From Abditibacteriaceae bacterium (GTDB taxonomy: Bacteria > Armatimonadota > Abditibacteriia > Abditibacteriales > Abditibacteriaceae), in NCBI GenBank assembly GCA_031372065.1, contig JANMKN010000301.1, forward strand, positions 1 to 10,668: a DNA stretch of 10,668 nucleotides, in the 5' to 3' direction. Below the pieces are notes generated by a model. The model ran no database searches and had not been told where the DNA came from. It was given only the letters and a program-made list of their open reading frames with translations. Below, piece after piece: positions 6,503 through 10,668 of this stretch (its first letter is position 1; every line of letters begins with the position of its first letter). The translations under genes and the position numbers were made by a program.

Positions 6503-9175
6503 ATGGCTATGAATTTTGATCGTTGGACAGTAAAAGCAACCGAGGCTTTGCAAAACGCGCAAAGTTTGGCTTCGCACTATCAGCATCAGGAAATTGATGT
6601 CGAGCATTTGGCTTTGGCCCTTGTGCAACAAAGCGAGGGCGCCACGCGCCCGCTTTTGCAAAAGTTGGAAGCGAACCCCGATTATATCGAGCGCGAATTA
6701 GAACAGGAACTGGCGCGGCGCCCGAAGCAGGTCGGTGTTGAAAGCGGGCGCAGCCTTTCCATGCGTCTGGCTGGAAGCGGCAAAGACGGGCAAGGCGGCG
6801 CATTGGGGCAAGCGCAAAAAGCGATGGGGCAATTGAAAGATGAATATCTTTCGACGGAGCATTTGCTGATTGGCATCGCGCATGATAACGGTTTTGCCGG
6901 CGGCGTTTGGAAGCAAAGTGGCGTGACGCATCAGAAGATTTTGGAAGCCCTTGCACAAGTGCGCGGCAATCAGCGCGTGACCGATCAGAATCCCGAAGAA
7001 AAGTTTCAAGCGCTGGACAAATTCACCCGTGATTTAACCACCGAAGCGCAGCGCGGCAAACTCGATCCGGTCATTGGCCGCGATGAGGAAATTCGCCGCG
7101 TGGTGCAAGTGCTGTCGCGTCGCACCAAGAACAATCCGGTGTTAATTGGCGAGCCGGGCGTCGGTAAAACGGCGATTGTCGAAGGACTGGCGCAACGCAT
7201 TGCGTCCGGCGATGTGCCCGAAACGCTCAAAGACAAAAAAGTGTTGTCGCTCGATTTGGGCGCGCTCATCGCGGGCGCCAAATATCGCGGCGAGTTTGAA
7301 GATCGCTTGAAAGCCGTCTTAAAGGAAATCCAAAATTCCGAGGGCCGCATTGTGCTTTTCATTGACGAAATGCACACACTTGTCGGCGCCGGAGCCGCCG
7401 AAGGCGCGGTTGATGCGGCGAACCTACTAAAACCGATGCTGGCGCGCGGCGAACTGCGCTGCGTGGGCGCTACCACGCTGGATGAATATCGCAAATACAT
7501 CGAAAAAGACGCGGCGTTGGAGCGTCGTTTTGCGCAAGTTTATGTCGGCGAGCCGAGCGTCGAAGATACGATTGCGATTTTGCGTGGGCTAAAAGAAAAA
7601 TACGAAGTGCATCACAAAGTGCGCATTCAAGACGCGGCGCTGGTGGCGGCGGCGGTGCTTTCCAATCGCTACATTAGCGACCGCTTTTTGCCGGATAAAG
7701 CCATTGATTTGATGGACGAAGCCGCCTCCAAACTTCGTATCGAAATCGCTTCGATGCCAACGGAAATTGATGAAGCTATGCGGCGCATTATGCAACTCGA
7801 AATCGAGCGCGAAGCGATGAACCGCGACTTGAAGGGCACTAAGTTGTTCGGTTTGGGCGCTGGCAGCGCCAATGAAGCGACCAAAGAGCGTTTGGAGCGC
7901 ATCGAAAAAGAATTGGCCGAGTTGCAAGAGAAATCCTCGCAAATGAAAACGCAGTGGCAGAACGAAAAAGAGGCCATCGGGCGGCTTTCGCAATTGAAAG
8001 AAGAGATTGAAGCGGCCCATTTTGAAATCGAGCGCGCCACACAAAGCGCCGATTTAGGGCGTGCCGCCGAACTTCGCTACGGCAAATTGCCGGAATTGCA
8101 GCGCGAACTCGAAGAAGAAATCACGCGCTTGCAAGAACGTCAGCAAACCGGCCAAATGCTCAAAGAAGAAGTCGGAGAAGAAGACATCGCCGAAGTCGTG
8201 GCAAAATGGACGGGGATTCCGGTCACGCGCCTGTTGGAAGGCGAAATGCAAAAGCTGCTCAAAATGGAAGATCGCCTGCGTTTGCGCGTGGTCGGTCAAG
8301 ATGCGGCGCTGGAATCCGTCGCCGATGCTGTTCGCCGTTCACGCGCCGGGTTATCCGACCCGAACCGGCCCATTGGCAGCTTTATTTTCCTTGGCCCGAC
8401 CGGTGTCGGCAAAACCGAACTGGCGCGCGCTGTGGCCGAATTTCTTTTCGATGACGAACACGCCATGGTGCGCCTTGATATGAGCGAATACGGCGAAAAA
8501 CACACCGTGGCGCGCCTTTTGGGAGCGCCGCCGGGCTATATCGGCTTTGAAGAAGGCGGGCAACTGACCGAAGCCGTGCGGCGCCGTCCGTATTCGGTGG
8601 TGCTGTTCGACGAAATCGAAAAAGCGCATCCTGATGTCTTCAATGTGCTGCTGCAACTGCTGGACGATGGCCGTTTGACGGACGGGCAGGGGCGCACCGT
8701 GAATTTTCAAAACACGGTTGTCATTATGACCAGCAATCTGGGCACGCAATTGATTCAAGGCGAACGCGCCGGGCACGACCCGCTTTTAAAAGAGCGCATC
8801 TGGGACGTGCTTCGCGGTCACTTTCGGCCAGAGTTTCTCAACCGCATTGATGAAGTGATTATCTTCAATCAATTGGCGCGCGAGCAGATTCGCCATATCG
8901 TGGAAATTCAACTCGAAGGCTTGCGCAAGCGCCTTGGCGAGCGCAACATCAAGCTGGAACTGACACCCAGCGCTGCCGATGTCTTGGCCGAAGATGGCTA
9001 CGACCCCAGTTACGGCGCGCGTCCTTTGAAACGTGCCATTCAACGCCTGATTCAAGACCCTCTGGCGCGTCGCATTCTGTCAGGCGACTTCAAAGACGGC
9101 GACACCGTGCAAGTGGACGCCGGACGCGAAGGCCAACTGCTCTTTCGCAACGTCAGCAACACTGTTGAGGTGTAA
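6503..9175 (+). CDS. clpB: ATP-dependent disaggregase ClpB (Hsp100)
   Basis: Clp N-domain repeats (EHLALAL, EHLLIG). NBD1 has Walker A GEPGVGKT, pore loop GAKYRGEFE and Walker B LFIDE. There is a long coiled-coil M-domain with AAELRYG. NBD2 has [25 protein letters not shown] and YGARPLKR. No IGF/L ClpP-docking loop follows MTSNLG. Confidence 0.98.
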   Translation: MAMNFDRWTVKATEALQNAQSLASHYQHQEIDVEHLALALVQQSEGATRPLLQKLEANPDYIERELEQELARRPKQVGVESGRSLSMRLAGSGKDGQGGALGQAQKAMGQLKDEYLSTEHLLIGIAHDNGFAGGVWKQSGVTHQKILEALAQVRGNQRVTDQNPEEKFQALDKFTRDLTTEAQRGKLDPVIGRDEEIRRVVQVLSRRTKNNPVLIGEPGVGKTAIVEGLAQRIASGDVPETLKDKKVLSLDLGALIAGAKYRGEFEDRLKAVLKEIQNSEGRIVLFIDEMHTLVGAGAAEGAVDAANLLKPMLARGELRCVGATTLDEYRKYIEKDAALERRFAQVYVGEPSVEDTIAILRGLKEKYEVHHKVRIQDAALVAAAVLSNRYISDRFLPDKAIDLMDEAASKLRIEIASMPTEIDEAMRRIMQLEIEREAMNRDLKGTKLFGLGAGSANEATKERLERIEKELAELQEKSSQMKTQWQNEKEAIGRLSQLKEEIEAAHFEIERATQSADLGRAAELRYGKLPELQRELEEEITRLQERQQTGQMLKEEVGEEDIAEVVAKWTGIPVTRLLEGEMQKLLKMEDRLRLRVVGQDAALESVADAVRRSRAGLSDPNRPIGSFIFLGPTGVGKTELARAVAEFLFDDEHAMVRLDMSEYGEKHTVARLLGAPPGYIGFEEGGQLTEAVRRRPYSVVLFDEIEKAHPDVFNVLLQLLDDGRLTDGQGRTVNFQNTVVIMTSNLGTQLIQGERAGHDPLLKERIWDVLRGHFRPEFLNRIDEVIIFNQLAREQIRHIVEIQLEGLRKRLGERNIKLELTPSAADVLAEDGYDPSYGARPLKRAIQRLIQDPLARRILSGDFKDGDTVQVDAGREGQLLFRNVSNTVEV

Positions 9176-9186
9176 AACCAAAGCGT

Positions 9187-9221
9187 AAAAAAGCGCCGCG
9201 TGAGAATTCTCACGCGGCGCT
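9187..9221. terminator. Perfect 30-bp palindrome downstream of clpB, terminator-like
   Basis: agcgccgcgtgagaa|ttctcacgcggcgct at 9192-9221, 16 nt after the clpB stop. An A6 run at 9187-9192 precedes it, and no U-run follows on the + strand. Confidence 0.75.
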
Positions 9222-9251
9222 CTGGCTTACACAGCATAGCATCAACTAATG

Positions 9252-9260
9252 TGTTACTCT
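9252..9260 (+). promoter_or_regulatory. Possible extended -10 promoter (TGnTACTCT) for the nucleotidyltransferase pair
   Basis: TG-T-TACTCT ends 10 nt before the ATG at 9271. No SD is present, which is consistent with a near-leaderless mRNA. Confidence 0.35.
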
Positions 9261-9270
9261 GAATCAGCGC

Positions 9271-9771
9271 ATGGAACGGACACTTCAGGTTCTCAATTGG
9301 TTGGAAAAAGAAGGCATTTTTGGCCGCTACGCCATCGGCGGGGCGATGGGAGCCACCTTTTATGTTGAGCCGCTGTTGACTTTCGACTTGGACATCTTTG
9401 TGCTGTTGCCGGAAACCGCCAGCGGTTTGCTTACTCTGACACCACTTTATGAAGTTTTGCTGGAGCGCGGTTATAAAGTGGAAGGCGAATGTGTGAATAT
9501 CGAAGGCGTGCCAGTGCAGTTTCTGCCTGTTTACAACGCTTTACTGGAAGAGGCCTTGGACGAGGCGGCAGACACGCATTATGAAAAAACGCCGACAAGG
9601 ATACTGCGCGCCGAGCATTTGGTGGCGATTTGCCTTCAAACCGGACGTGCCAAAGATCGGCAGAGAGTGCAACTTTTTGTGGAAGAAGCCGCGTTGGATG
9701 AAGCGAAATTATCGGACATTCTGACACGACATGGCCTTGAGGCGAAATGGAAGCAATGGATCAGCGAGTAA
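9271..9771 (+). CDS. Pol-beta-superfamily nucleotidyltransferase, MenT/AbiEii-like putative toxin
   Basis: Signature YAIGGAMGATFYVEPLLTFDLDIFV (hGG-x12-T-x-DxD), followed by a C-terminal AEHLVAI...GRAKD motif. 166 aa. Confidence 0.85.
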   Translation: MERTLQVLNWLEKEGIFGRYAIGGAMGATFYVEPLLTFDLDIFVLLPETASGLLTLTPLYEVLLERGYKVEGECVNIEGVPVQFLPVYNALLEEALDEAADTHYEKTPTRILRAEHLVAICLQTGRAKDRQRVQLFVEEAALDEAKLSDILTRHGLEAKWKQWISE

Positions 9772-9950
9772 ACCCTGAAATCACGCGGCTACTGAATGCA
9801 AAAACAGAGCGTCGCCAGCAATTGGCGGCGCTTTCCTATGCCGAAAAGGTGCGCATTGTTGTGCAACTTCAAAGCATGGCGGCGCCTATTCTGCGGCGGC
9901 GAGGCAAGGCGGCGGTTGTTTGGAATCTCGAAAACGAAGTTGAGGGATAG
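9756..9950 (+). CDS. Small basic helical protein (64 aa; alternative start at 9747), putative antitoxin or partner
   Basis: Overlaps the end of the NTase gene by 16 nt. The sequence AKTERRQQLAALSYAEKVRIVVQLQSMAAPILRRRG...VW is amphipathic, and the ORF fills the gap up to the next gene. Confidence 0.75.
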   Translation: MDQRVNPEITRLLNAKTERRQQLAALSYAEKVRIVVQLQSMAAPILRRRGKAAVVWNLENEVEG

Positions 9951-9969
9951 AAGATAATTTTGAATTTTC

Positions 9970-10659
9970 ATGAAACGCTTTTTGGTTCTCGCTCTGCTGA
10001 TTGGTTTTGCTGGTTGCCGTCCTGCGCCAGAGGAAGCAACGGTTGCGCAAGTTTCAACGCCACCGGCAGTGCCAACGGCTGTGGCGGAAGAAAACAGCGT
10101 CGCGCCAGCGGAAAATGTTGAAGTGCCGCTGCCAAAGAACAATTTTGAAGTGGTCGGCGGCGAGGAGTTTTTAGATGTCGCCAGCGGCAAAGAAGCGGGC
10201 GACAAGGCATTCGCGCAGTTAATAACGGCCAGTTACGCTTATTTGCGAGGGCAACAAGCGAAGTGCATCAAAGAATTTCATTTGGGCCAGACGGATCGCT
10301 TTGATCTCGACCAATATACGGGCCAGATTACCTTTTCCAGTCACGGAAAACCTCAAATCATCGCCAATTTTCAAATTGTGGGCGATGTTTCCACAAAATC
10401 CAACACATGGCTGTGGGCGTGGGGCAATTCGTCCCTCAATCCGGTTTTAACTAAGGATGCCAAGAAAGTCGCAGATTACGGCGATAAACATAAGTTCGAG
10501 CTTCTGACGCAGAAAACGTGGCCAGCCACGGAAGCCGACGGATGGGCGATGACGGCTATCGCTGCCAAAATCCTGCACGCCAAAGGCGCTTATCGCGCTC
10601 CGTCGCGCCAAGGGCCGCTTTTTGTGGGTCTCACATCGCTGCGACGCCCAAAAAAATGA
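9970..10659 (+). CDS. Lipoprotein with a C-terminal DUF6882-like domain
   Basis: Signal MKRFLVLALLIGFAG|C and a P/A/E/V-rich linker. The domain FDLDQYTGQITFS...FQIVG...SNTWLWAWGN...YG...GWAMTAIAAKILHAKGAYRAP matches my recollection of DUF6882. Confidence 0.82.
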   Translation: MKRFLVLALLIGFAGCRPAPEEATVAQVSTPPAVPTAVAEENSVAPAENVEVPLPKNNFEVVGGEEFLDVASGKEAGDKAFAQLITASYAYLRGQQAKCIKEFHLGQTDRFDLDQYTGQITFSSHGKPQIIANFQIVGDVSTKSNTWLWAWGNSSLNPVLTKDAKKVADYGDKHKFELLTQKTWPATEADGWAMTAIAAKILHAKGAYRAPSRQGPLFVGLTSLRRPKK

Positions 10660-10668
10660 AGTTGTAAT

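Noticed and set aside
6503..9175. ClpC/ClpA assignment and the many overlapping antisense or alternate-frame ORFs
   Set aside because: The long M-domain and absence of an IGF/L loop indicate ClpB. The shadow ORFs are expected from GC-rich codon usage.

Overview
Bacterial chromosomal window of moderate GC. Hand-counted 60-nt spot checks give 53-57% in clpB and 43-47% in the 333-aa ORF. The gene content (DUF1501 fragment, 'GCGGG' lipoproteins) suggests an Armatimonadota/Abditibacteriota- or PVC-like organism, which is inference only. Left to right: (i) a decayed locus in which a frameshifted, truncated DUF1501 gene is fused to the last 14 codons of a WD40-type gene, followed by a 333-aa secreted protein and then a second, diverged copy of the same WD40 C-terminus; (ii) an 816-aa polytopic membrane protein with a central spermidine-synthase-like SAM-binding domain; (iii) a 62-nt hairpin between convergent genes; (iv) two translationally coupled, clearly paralogous exported beta-rich proteins, one a lipoprotein and one with an N-terminal hydrophobic anchor; (v) clpB with two unusual Gly-rich insertions, followed by a perfect 30-bp palindrome; (vi) a MenT1/AbiEii-like nucleotidyltransferase overlapping a ~65-aa partner ORF (candidate toxin-antitoxin module in toxin-first order); (vii) a lipoprotein with a DUF6882-like domain. 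No RNA genes, transposases, integrases or CRISPR arrays were recognised.
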